Assembly: GCA_964016885.1 (NCBI GenBank)
Contig: OZ024755.1
Coordinates: 14,260,001 to 14,324,000, forward strand
Direction of reading: 5' to 3'
DNA length: 64,000 bases
Origin: Eledone cirrhosa
Lineage: Eukaryota
Within the stretch, counting starts at the first letter, position 1. Every line of letters starts with the position of its first letter. The notes under the pieces are model-generated. The model searched no databases, was not told the origin of the DNA, and saw only the letters and a program-made list of their open reading frames with translations. Position numbers and translations under genes: made by a program. Below are positions 1 to 11,120 of this stretch, piece by piece.

Positions 1-892
1 TCTGCACACAATGCCCAGGTCTCACTGCCATGTAGCATTGCTGTTCGTATGCAGGCATCATACAGCCTGCCTTTCATTTTTAGAGAGAACCCTTTAGCGG
101 CCAATAGTGGTATAAGCTCTCTGAACTATTTCCATCCCGTTCTGACTCTAGCTACTGTACTTTCAGAGCACCCTCCCCCACTGCTGATTTTGTCAACCAG
201 GTAATGGAAGCTGTCCACTATTTCTATAGAACCATCTGTGCAATGGAATGAGCTAGTATTCTGTAGGCACTTGCTGCTACTTATTGCCCCAGAGCACCGG
301 CCACATATAAAATCTATATTCTTAGTTAGCTTACCTGTGATCCCACTACATCTTTTATGCACCCATACTTTGCATTTGGGACATAAAATGGAGTTTCTGC
401 CTACTCCTTTCCTAGACACTGAGCATGGCCATTTCCCAGATGGGACCGGTGCCCTATTTTCCTTCCTACAAACTAGGACTTTAGTCTTAGACAAGTTAAC
501 TTTAAGGCCTTTTGATTCTAGGCCATGCTTCTATGTTTGGAATTTCTTCTCTAGTTCAGCCATTGATTCAGCTATGAGCGTTAGATCATCTGCATATAGG
601 AGTTCCCATGGGCAGCCGGTCTTGAACTCCTCTGTTATAGCCTGAAGGGCAATAATAAATAGTAGGGGGCTAAGGACTGAGCCCTGATGAACACCAACTT
701 TTGCGCTAAACTCTTCACTATATTCGTTGTTAATTCTAACCTTGCTGACTGTTTCTTTATACATGGCTTGTATAGCTCTCACAAGCCATTCATCAACACC
801 TAGTTTTCTAAGGGCCCACCAGATAATCGAGCAGGGTACTCTGTCAAAGGCTTTCTCCAAGTCAACAAAAGCTAAGTATAGGGGTTTACTTT
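1..892 (-). mobile_element. RTE-clade LINE fragment (RT domain with PHD-like Cys/His finger), inactivated by in-frame stops
   Basis: ORFs 531..932 and 126..494 are in one frame, separated by TAG at 531-533, with another TAG at 126-128. RT motifs FVDLEKAFDRV, GVHQGSVLSPLLF and LLYADD; then CSV..KGVGRNSILCPKCKVWVHKRC..FICGRC. The downstream part matches the 36508-37136 copy. Confidence 0.92.
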
Positions 893-1704
893 TAATATAT
901 ATATTATTCAGAATATTAATAAATGAAGACATTCACATAATCAAAATATGTGTTTTATTATATATATTTTGAAGGTACTGTGCTGTTTTTTCAGTACTTC
1001 CTCGTCAGATAAAATACATGAATTGGTGTATGACATACCTCAACGGTCTTGAAAGTTCAATTCCAGTATTGGCAGTTAAAAATAAAATAGTTATATATAG
1101 CCAAGGGCGGTGCCCCAGCATGGCCTCAGCCGGATGGCTGAAACAGGTAAAAGAGTATATATATATGGTGAAAGCTGAGTGGTTGGAGAATTGGATTTGC
1201 AATCACGAGGTTGTGATTTTGATTCCCGGACCAGGCGATGTGTTATGTCCTTGAGATAGACACTTTATTTCATGTTGCTCCTTCTGCCTGGATTTGCAAC
1301 CGATAGATAGTATTAGCAATTGGTTTCCTCGGTCCAATTTGATGAGCTCCAACCCACTCATTACACAAATGAGGTCTGGGATCTTGTTGATTGACTGTCA
1401 AATATATATATATCATCAACATCGTTTAATGTCTATCTTCCACTCTAGCATGGGTTAGACGGATTTGTCCCATTTAGAAGCAAAATGGGTTGGGTGACTG
1501 TGTCTCACTCATATAGGACTGTTTCTGGCTGGTTTTCTATGGTTGGATGCCCTTCTTAGCGCCAAACACATTTACAGTGTCTTTTATACGACCACTTTAT
1601 AGTGTGGGCTGGATGTTTTGTGGTACCACCATAACATACATATACATCATGATAGTGATATATATATATATACATTTGTGCGTACACACATATATTATCA
1701 TCAT

Positions 1705-2105
1705 TACTACCATTTTACGTATATTTTCCATGCTAGCATGGGTTAGACTAGTTGCCCTATTGTGGGCAGTGCTAGGTCAGGTGACCATGTCTTGCTCATG
1801 CAGGACTGATTCTGGCTTGGTTTCTACTGCTGGATGCCCTTCCTAATGCCAACCTCATTTACAGTGAGTACTGGGTGTTTTTTGTTGTGATGCCTCCACG
1901 ACCACTTAACAGTGTAGGCTGGGTACTTTTTGCTGTGTCACCATCACGATCACTTTACAGTGAGGGCTAGGGGCTTCAATGAATGCATTTACTTCGGCCT
2001 GTCCTCATGGGGGTCTATGAGAGGGTGGATTGGGTCATACTGTATATATGCTTCAGCTTGTGCCTGTGAGAAGTCCGGTTTTCTGTATTACTGCATATCG
2101 CCCAA
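1705..2105 (-). mobile_element. 5'-truncated RTE 3' end (ORF terminus + 3'UTR with (TGA)n-type tail)
   Basis: Reverse complement matches the end of the 36508-37440 element (gcagtaatacag...gctgaagcatata...tatg), followed by the ggaagggcatccagc / ccatgctagcatgg tail. Confidence 0.75.
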
Positions 2106-2264
2106 GAAGTAAAAAAAGTATTTTTGTTTTGTTTATTTAACTTTTATTTTAATGAAAAACACTGGACAATAAAAATTCTCATTTAAATTTATTTGAACCA
2201 GAAACTAAATATAACTACTAATTAAACAAAATAAAATCTACATTTTTGAATTTCACCTGACCTT

Positions 2265-2510
2265 ATGTCACAACATCACCGATCTTTGTGTCACAACATC
2301 ACCAGTCTTTGTGTCACAGCATCACCAGTCTTTGTGTCACAACATCACCGATCTTTGTGTCACAACATCACCGATCTTTGTGTCACAACATCACCGGTCT
2401 TTGTGTCACAACATCACCGATCTTTGTGCACAACATCATCGATCTTTGTGTCACAACATCACTGATCTTTGTGTCACAACATCACCAGTCTTTGTGTCAT
2501 AATATCACAT
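2265..2510. repeat. Minisatellite, 23-bp unit (ctttgtgtcacaacatcaccrrt), about 10-11 copies
   Basis: Head-to-tail units visible directly; no spacers. Confidence 0.95.
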
Positions 2511-3522
2511 GAGCTTATGTTGCAATATCATGTGACCTTATTTTAAGTCTTCTAACAATCATTTACTACATGTAAGCACATGTAGTAAATGACAGAAAGT
2601 GTACATTTAATGCACAAGATTAGATTTAGAACTGCACAAGAAGGGGTCAACTGCATGTTAAATTAATCACCGGCTACAGTTGACAAAATAATTTCAAGCT
2701 ACAGATATATATATAAGTTTGAAGAACAGGCAGATATAATTTACCTAATTTTTCTTCTTAGTCCGTAGAAATTAACTAAATAAATAATCAATTAAACAGA
2801 GCTAAATTAAAAATGTAAGTTTGAAGAAATAATAGATAAATGTTTACCAATATTCCTCTAGCCACGATTAAGGATTATTTATTTAATTCATTCATTGATT
2901 GAGCCACACCATTGAAGGTAGACTACACTCATATATGTATCTATGCTTATGATTAAATATGTATCTATGCTTATGATTAAATGTTCCTTCTAACTTTATA
3001 TATATATCATCATCATCATTAATTAACATCCATTTTCCATGCTATATATATATAAAGCAGTAACTCAAAATCATTACTATTCGTTTAACATTGGTTATTA
3101 AACTTTGTAAATATAGTTGCCAGAATGCAAGTAACTTTAATAATAGTTAGATACCATAAATAATGGTTGAGTAGATTATGTAAAATACCCACCTTATTCC
3201 AGCTTCAAGGGTATAATAGTTGATAACTATTATTATAATTATCTGCATTGTGGTGACTATATTTCTACGTTCTCAATGCTTTATAAATTAAGCAAGACCG
3301 TTTAAATTGGTTATTATTTTAATCACATTGCCTCTTGTGCTTTCTTCGAATACGGGCGTCTCTCTCCCTCACTATTCCCCCTCTCTCCTCCTTTGCCCCT
3401 CCGCCCTGCCTCATCTCTCCTTCCCTCCCCATCTGCCCTCCCCCTATCCCTCTCCTTTCCCCCCTGTTTCTCTCATCCACCCACTGACAGATGGTTTTTC
3501 CATCAAATTCCACCAGCTTGAC

Positions 3523-3776
3523 TTAGTCAACAGACTTCATATAACAAGTTAAATGTTTTTCAACACATGTTATTTCTGTTGGACTTGTAGGATCTCGTCG
3601 ATAGAGATTGCATTGGGAATTAACAGAATTGAACATGTATACAGAACAGCATGCTGTTTGGAGACAAAAGTTTCCACATAAAATAGGATTTGGTATCAAA
3701 CTTCCACTTTTAATGAAACTAAAATATAGGATGTTATTTCTGTAATGTTCATACCGTGCAGTTTGTGTCTTTGGTT
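3523..3776 (-). CDS. CTLD-PAN secreted protein, coding exon 4 (PAN/apple-like domain, stop codon)
   Basis: Acceptor tttattttcag|AA at 3776 (phase 1). Translation EPKTQTARYEHYRNNILYFSFIKSGSLIPNPILCGNFCLQTACCSVYMFNSVNSQCNLYRRDPTSPTEITCVEKHLTCYMKSVD*, TAA at 3525-3523. C-x3-C-x4-CC-x4-F-x6-C-x-L spacing resembles PAN domains. Confidence 0.8.
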
Positions 3777-4099
3777 CTGAAAATAAAGAAAATATAAAGG
3801 AAAAAGAAAAAAAAAGAATTCTTTATTTAACAAAAATAATTTGGATTGCTAAAGCATGTATCAGGGACCATGGAGCTAGGAGAGAAGAGGCAGAGGGTGA
3901 GGGCTACCGGAGCTATACCTACTCTTTACCAAACTTTCCATAAAGAAACTAATACTAATACTGATGTACAGTGTAAAAAAAGATTGTCAGTATTTTAACA
4001 CATCTAACACACACAAACGCGCAAGCATATATGTACACACTCTGAGGAAATCCTGCAGAGCGCCAAGTCGTGGATGCTGCCGAGGGTGGGTACAGAGCA

Positions 4100-4315
4100 C
4101 CAGTGCCACCTGGCTGACCATATTCTATGCCTGCTCAACAAACAACACTTGAAAACAGTGATGAACTGAACTCCACCTAGTGGCAAACGGAAGTGGGGGT
4201 TACCCCAGGATCACTTGGCGATGAACGTTTCAAAAAGACTTGATGGCAGCCAACATCACTTGGCACGGGCACGAATAAGGCGCCACTGTTGGTGACTACT
4301 TACAGCTCGATGTGT
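4100..4315 (+). mobile_element. Degenerate RTE 3' fragment in lectin intron 3
   Basis: Decayed translation HLADHILCL..TPPSGKRK.G.P..TW resembles the RTE C-terminal GH..R..GKR.RGRP..TW motif. Confidence 0.5.
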
Positions 4316-4383
4316 TAAAAGACTAAGCCTAAGATATACACACATACATATATGTAATATATATATATATAGACATATATAAA

Positions 4384-4510
4384 ATATAGAGAGTAGAAAA
4401 CACAGGAGAGTGTGTTTTCATTTACAGGAGGTATATATGTTTTACACGCTAGTGGTCTTATACCCCTTGTAAATGAAAACACACTCTCCTGTGTTTTCTC
4501 CTCACTATAT
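4384..4510. repeat. Inverted repeat / hairpin element (about 50-bp arms)
   Basis: agaaaacacaggagagtgtgttttcatttaca pairs with tgtaaatgaaaacacactctcctgtgttttct. Confidence 0.9.
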
Positions 4511-5444
4511 TGTATTTTGAAGTGCCCAGCAATTTTTTCCTTTGAGTTCATTAAATTACAGGGATGTACGCGAGTCCTTTACTCTGTTGTTTTACTTGAT
4601 ATATATATATATATATGTATTGAGTGATTAAGTAGATGGATGGTCGGAGTGCTTGGCTACAGGCCTACATTCTGATATAAAATCAAAGAAAGTCTGAAGG
4701 TATCAGATGGGCACAACAGGGGCCAGGGCCTGATATGCCAGTTGGCATGGGCCTAAAATTTTGATGGGGAAGTGGAGTGGGTGGGATAAGGCTATTTGCT
4801 TCAAGTTTTAGTCCCTTTATTCTGTTCCTTTATTCCCAAGGATATCATGTGTATATCTATAACCCCCAACTTAAATCATAATCATATGTATTTAACAATC
4901 ATTAACTAAAATACTTAATGAGCAGTTTAACCCTTTAGTATTTACTTTTCTCTATATTTACTATTATATTTTCATGGTAAAGGTTTTACCTCACATAATA
5001 TCGAATCTATGAGATTTTGAAATTATATATTTTGAGAACAATACCTTAACATCAGTATAAGCAACTGGTTACTGCCAGTTTGAACAGAAAGATGTGAGAG
5101 AATTCTGGCTAGATACATCCAGTTTAAATACTATTGGGTTAAAATAGGGCCTACATTTCAGGTTTAAGGTTTTGGTGGCGATGATTATGATGGTGATGGT
5201 GGTGATGGTTATGAAAGCAATTGTAGTGGTAGTGGTGATGATGAAAATGATGGTGGTGGTTGTGTTTTCTTTTTGTGTGGGGGGAGGGTGATAGAGTGAT
5301 GGGGCAGAGTTGGTGATGATGATGAGTAGTTGTGGTGGTGGTGCTGACGACGATGATGATGATAATGTCAACAATGAGAATGATAATAAGTAAATGCATA
5401 ATTCAGAAAAAAATTCCCTATTATTATTACTATAAAAGAATTAC

Positions 5445-5651
5445 CTGGTTTCATGTCAAATTCACAGACAAATGTATGCAAAGCTTCTTCAGACTCTGCC
5501 TGCCATATTTTGTACTGGGTAAATGCCCTCAGGTTATTCTGTATGTTTGAGTCCTTAAGTATGTCGAAGGCAAGGTTTTTATGTATATTATTATAAGACC
5601 AAACCCATTGGTTATCAATTTTCTCCAGAGCAAGCCATCGTCCAGATTTTT
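5445..5651 (-). CDS. CTLD-PAN secreted protein, coding exon 3 (C-terminal half of C-type lectin-like domain)
   Basis: Acceptor ttctttgccccaag|AA, donor CCAG|gtaatt, 207 nt, phase 1-1. WLALEKIDNQWVW...IWQAESEEALHTFVCE corresponds to the CTLD WIGL..W.W and FICE motifs. Confidence 0.85.
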
Positions 5652-6087
5652 CTTGGGGCAAAGAAGAAATAAAATAGATTTTCATTTATAATTTTGATAA
5701 CCAGCCACTGGTTTTATGATACAAAGTTCTTCATTTTATAGGGTTCATATTTATCTATAAACCTTCTATCATAATAATATATATATATATAATTTCATTT
5801 CTTGCTCTAGCATACTTATGTCCACTGTGTTGATGACACAATAGTCCACACTGTAAGGTGGCCATATAGGAGACACGGTAAAAAGGCTCCCAGTCCACAC
5901 TGTAAATGTGGTTGGTGTTAGGAAGAGCATCCAGCTGTAAAAAACCTGCCAGAGACACTTCTGTGCAAGCGAGACACGGTCTCCCGACCATTCCCGCATC
6001 AAATGGAACACAACCGTCTAACCCATGCTAGCGTGGAAGATGGACGTTAAACGATGATGATGATGATGATATATATTAATTAATATA

Positions 6088-6952
6088 TCTAAACTATAAT
6101 AAAGTAAGAAGCGGAGGACTGCGTACGGTTTATAATTTTTTATCCCCTTAGTAAAATAAGTTGGATTACTCTGAATAAATAATTGTTTCTACTTTAGGCA
6201 CAAGGCCAGCAATTACCCAGTGCATTACTGGTACTTTATTTTATCGACCCCGTAAGGATGAAAAGCAAAGTCAACCTCGGTGGGATTTGAACTCAGATAG
6301 TAAAGGGGCGTAACTATGCTGGAAAGCATGGCGTCCGACCCTCTACCGATACTGCCAATCCACTCTGAATAAATAATTGTTTCTACTTTTGGCACAAGGC
6401 CAGTAATTACCCAGTGCATTACTGGTACTTTATTTTATCGACCCCGTAAGGATAAAAGGCAAAGTTAACCTCGGCGGGATTTGAACTCAGAATGGCAAGG
6501 GCCGTAACTATGCGTCAAAGCATGGCGTCCGACTCTCTACCGATACTGCCAATCCCCCCTTCCCACTCTGAATAAATAATGAATGAATATTACATAATTT
6601 ATCTACTAAATTTCATGGCTGTTCATTAAATATATTTTATTACTTATTTAAAGATTCACTTCTTTAAAATTTTCAAATGTCAACACTTCTGGTTAGCGAT
6701 CGCTTAAATAAATATTCATATATTTCTATCACTAATACAGTTTATATATAATATTGTCTTTTTTTAATGTATCATGGATTACGTTACTGATTACATAAGA
6801 CAATGTAATGCAGTCTTCATACAATTTCTGTGTATATTGTCAATTACAATTTTATTTGATCATATCTACATGCATATATACTTGCGTATAATATCAATAT
6901 ACACACTACACATGCTAGGAGAAAACCACCTTTCGGGTGGTTTTTCTGCTAG
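6088..6952 (+). mobile_element. Non-autonomous Helitron with a nested SINE dimer
   Basis: Begins A|TCTAAACTATAATAAAG and ends with hairpin (gaaaaccacc-tttc-gggtggttttt) then CTAG|T. Its 3' ~375 bp recurs at 29604-29996. Confidence 0.75.
6168..6580 (-). mobile_element. Tandem pair of tRNA-derived SINEs (Nin/Deu-like core)
   Basis: Minus strand has A/B-box-like ggcagtatcggtagag / gagttcaaatccc and core ctttcatccttacggggtcgataaaataaagtaccag. A 16-bp ACTCTGAATAAATAAT occurs at 6168, 6362 and 6565. Confidence 0.85.
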
Positions 6953-7530
6953 TATCTTTAATATGTATTAATACACACGCACACACACTTTCATGTTTAC
7001 CTCCTTCTTTGTTTTAAAGATCAATCATTAATCGTCTTCAGTAATCAGATCATACTTGAATAATATTCAACAAACTATCAGTTTTTCGATAACACAGACC
7101 ACAACTGCTGTGATCAAACAATCCAGTGGGGATTATCTATATATACACATATTCAATTAGACATAGCTCTACCATGGATGATCGTGGTCACACACAATTG
7201 ATCTTATATCCACAGACAGCTTTCCTCTCCACCCTGGTCATCATACGTGGCCACCATCTATTGATAAAATCTTATTATCACTGTGAGATGAGGCCAGCTG
7301 TCATTAATGACAATAAAGATAAGCCAGCCATTAATACAGGACATTAATACGTGCGGTGTATAGTGTATTCAAGGGATCTGTGCAGTCACTGTTTGTCATA
7401 TTTGCATGAGTACATATGTTTGTACACATGTCAGTATATGTGTATGATTATGATGATGTCTATGTGTATATATATATCATCACCATTTAATGTCCATATA
7501 TATATATATATACACAGACAGACATACATT

Positions 7531-7580
<50 letters not shown>

Positions 7581-7790
7581 TATATATATATACATACGCG
7601 AACATATATCATCTTCATTATACCCAGTGGGTTTTTTGGGTGACAGATAGGGGCACAATCTCTAGATATAAGGGTTAGTGGAAAAAATGGAAACAAGCAG
7701 TCCTGTACTGAACATGGGCTGTTTTTTGGCAAGGCATTGCACCCAGCAGCCATCCAGCCTGGGATCAAAGGTGAAGCCATGGGAAGTTCA

Positions 7791-7988
7791 TGAGGGTAGG
7801 CTGAAAAGTTCATAGGCTGGCTGTGAAGGATTGATGATAGAGCTGTGAAATTTTGCATGCATTAATATCAACTCTTCTTATCAAAAACTACATTGTATCT
7901 TTTCAGGGACTATGTTGAAAAATAAACCTTATTTGCTCATTCCATGAGAGTATCTTAGTCAGCCTATGAACTTTTTAGCTGATCCTTG
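7791..7988. mobile_element. Tc1/mariner-type MITE
   Basis: TIRs tgagggtaggctgaaaagttcataggctg / cagcctatgaactttttagctgatccttg-TA; same family as 30430-30626. Confidence 0.75.
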
Positions 7989-8546
7989 TATATGGTGGAT
8001 GTACAATCTTGGTAAATCATCCATTGACCAGTGGTGATTGTCACATGATGCTGGACAAAAGAACTTCTCTGAGGTGAATAACCAATGTCATTAAGTCTCC
8101 CAAGTGTATTACTGTTAATATCAATAGACTTGCTAATCACAGATGCCTTTTAGCTACAGTGGTACATGATGTTTGGCAGAGGAACCTCTCTGAGGTCAAT
8201 AGCCAATATCACCAAGTTCCTCAAGTGTATTACTATTAACTTCTATAGACCTTCCAACCATAAATGTCTTGAAGTTATCAAAAGATTTGAAATATCGAAG
8301 CAAGACCAACCAGTGTAGGGTAAGCTGTATGATGCTTGTATAGATACTGCAATGCTGACATGTAGCATTCCAGTATATACATAACTATCATACAGTCTAC
8401 CCTTCATTAGTTCAGCTTGCTTGTATATACAGAAGATCTTTGAAGGCTAGAAAGAAATGAAGCATGTTCTGGTGGATGAGTGATGTAGCATAACTGAGCA
8501 AAGAGAAAAAATTTGCATAAGAAGAAAATATCAAAGTTACTGATCA

Positions 8547-8862
8547 ACAACATTTTGATGTGCAAGGCAACATTTCAAAGCAATTGTGCAGCAACATTGT
8601 GATGTACATGGCAATATTTTAAAGCTGCTGCATAATAACATTTCAAGGCTACTATGCAGCAAAATTTTGAAGTACCTGGCAACATTTCAAACCAACTTTG
8701 TAACAAAATTTTGATATGTATGACAATATTTCAAGGCAACTGTGTGGCAACTGTGAAGCAAAATTTTGATGAACATGGCAACATTTCAAAACTACTTTGC
8801 AGCAAAATTTTAATGTGCAAAGCAACATTTCAAAGCTACTGTACAGCAATATTTCAATGTGC
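8547..8862. repeat. Minisatellite, about 44-bp unit, about 7 diverged copies
   Basis: Recurring gcarcaaaattttgatgt...ggcaacatttcaaag unit. Confidence 0.85.
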
Positions 8863-8954
8863 ATAACACTTATACAGTGATTGCCTGACTAAGCAGCCTT
8901 GCAATCTAGAAGGAACTTTGGTACTGAGTTATTTTAAAATATTTGTATACTCAC

Positions 8955-9167
8955 GTATTAATAGTTTTGATACAACAAAACTTTGTTCTTCTTCTGATTC
9001 TATGGTGAGCAAATGAGCACCGATTCCTTCACAAGTTGATTTTGCATCATTATAAGTTGAATTTATAGCAAAGTCATAGTAACAACTATCTGTTACATCA
9101 AAATAAATATCCTGGAAAAACCGAGTGCCTGTACATGTGGAGACATCCTTACTGCAGCGATTGATAC
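8955..9167 (-). CDS. CTLD-PAN secreted protein, coding exon 2 (N-terminal half of C-type lectin-like domain)
   Basis: Acceptor ttttattttgaag|GT, donor ATAC|gtgagt, 213 nt, phase 1-1. SCYYDF...TYNDAKSTCEGIGAHLLTIESEEEQSFV is a classic CTLD N-terminal signature. Confidence 0.92.
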
Positions 9168-9994
9168 CTTCAAAATAAAACAACACAAATATAAGGGGTC
9201 TTGTGTTTGGTAAAGTATCTTCTAATGTGGTTGTTTGTTTAAAATAATTTCTTTAGATTCTTCGAAAATTATTATCATAACATCCATTTATATTTAATAT
9301 GAATTAAAAAAGTGAAAAAAAAAAATCCATAAAAATGTTAAGTCATGTGTGACAAAAAAGCACCCAGACCACCCTGCAAATTAGTAGTGTTAGTAGTATG
9401 ACTAGAAACACCCAACTCACCCTGTTAAGTGGTAATGCTGGTGCCGGAATAAAAGCTCCCAATATACACACTGTAAACGAGTTGGCATTAAAAGAACATC
9501 CAACCTTAGAAACAATACCAAAAATGGAGTATATGAGCAAGACATGGTCACCTGGCTGGTCTGACCCATGCAAGCATGGAAAATGCATGTTAAACACTGA
9601 TAATGGTGATGATGCTGATAATGTCAAGACCAATGGGCATATTAAGAATATTAGATAGACATCTTAATCCATCAGATGTTCAGTTCAAGGATAACCCCCC
9701 CCCCCCCCCCCCACACACACATACACCTGTAACTAGTTTTGGAGGCCCTGAAAAAGGTCATAGGCACAGCCCTTTCCTCCTTGACTAAAAACTATTTTGT
9801 ACAATTTCAGGTAAACATCTAATATTATTAAAACATGTAGCCCAAATTCACATATAAAATCTGCATGATATTCTTTTAGTCATTTTTGATTAAATAAAAA
9901 GTGGACCTTATGTGTCATGATGATGATGATGATGATGATGATGATAATGATAATATAATAAAATTGTAAATTGAATAAAATATTTAAAACTTAC

Positions 9995-10049
9995 CATAAG
10001 CAATTTCCAATATCCCAAACAAGCAATATATCCAGAGTGAAAGAACCAT
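9995..10049 (-). CDS. CTLD-PAN secreted protein, coding exon 1 (signal peptide)
   Basis: ATG at 10049; MVLSLWIYCLFGILEIAYG is hydrophobic with an A-x-G cleavage pattern; donor TATG|gtaagt, phase 1, in frame with exon 2. Confidence 0.82.
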
Positions 10050-10611
10050 TATAGAATATGTTGGCTATATTAGCTACTAACTATTTTCTTTCAGAGAAGT
10101 TTTGTATGTGTCAAGTATTAGAAGAATGACCAGCTGTTGTGGTGTAACTGGTTGAAGGAGTCTGTCTGTTTACTCTTTGGTTTTGATGTTGACCATTAAC
10201 AATTGATTAGTGATAATAGCCTCCTGAAAAACTAGCTCAATGAGATACTTACATGGACCAGATAAATAAAGTGATGAGTCGTCATTTACTCATAAAATAA
10301 ATAAATAAAATGAAAGGAGATGAAAAGAAAAGAGAACAGATCAATAAAGCAATAATTCTTAATCTGTTAATAATAATAATAATAATAATAATAATGATTT
10401 CTTTATAAATAATGCTTTCTTTATTAACCACAAGGGTTGACATAAAGTATAACATTAAGGACAGCACAAATGGGCATTTCTGCATGTAAAGAAAAAAACA
10501 ATAACAAAGGAAATTTAAATTAATTTTAAATCAACCATAATTATTAAATCAGAATGAAAATATAAACAGAGCATATAAATAAATTTACAGTAGAATAACA
10601 TAACAAATATG

Positions 10612-11120
10612 TTTTAAATATATACATAAATGACATTACAAATGCTTAAAAATGAAACAAAGGAAAACTCCCCAATAGGTGGGAAACTTCTGAGGGTCAC
10701 TCTTGGAGAAAGCCCATTAAAAAGCCACAGTGATCCTGACCACCTGGGCAAGTGCCCTCTCTCAGTTTTCCACCTGCAATCTACAAGCGCATACTCAAAG
10801 CAGGCCCATTCACTCAAGGCACACTTGCCTCTCTCACCCATCTTTCAACAAATTGCTGTGAAGGGAGCACTTCCATCTCCACCCTGATTTTCCTTTTCAA
10901 ATGAAATTTGAAAAAGTTAATCAGGGCATCGCTGAAGAGATAAGCGCTCATCTTCAGCCCTTTCAAACGCGTCCACCACATGGCCTCTTTCGCCATGGCC
11001 ACCAGGCAGATAAAATCTGCCTGCCCTTCCTGGCTAAAGGAAGGTGGCGGGGCAATCCTCACGATGGGTGGATACTTCCAACAGAGTAGACTCTGTTAAA
11101 GGCACACAAGTGCCAAGTGG
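10612..11120 (-). mobile_element. L1/Tx1-like LINE 3' fragment
   Basis: LVAMAKEAMWWTR...FFKFHLKRKIRVE...FVERW resembles the C-terminal tail of Tx1-clade ORF2, followed by a pyrimidine/T-rich 3'UTR. Confidence 0.55.

Noticed and set aside
2265-2510. CRISPR-like periodic repeat with His/Cys-rich ORFs
   Set aside because: Units are contiguous with no unique spacers, there are no cas genes and the context is eukaryotic; it is a minisatellite.
6280-6360. tRNA gene
   Set aside because: A/B-box-like motifs belong to SINE heads; no complete cloverleaf.
6914-6952. Rho-independent terminator-like hairpin with T-run
   Set aside because: Eukaryotic context; the A|TC start and CTAG|T end fit a Helitron terminus.
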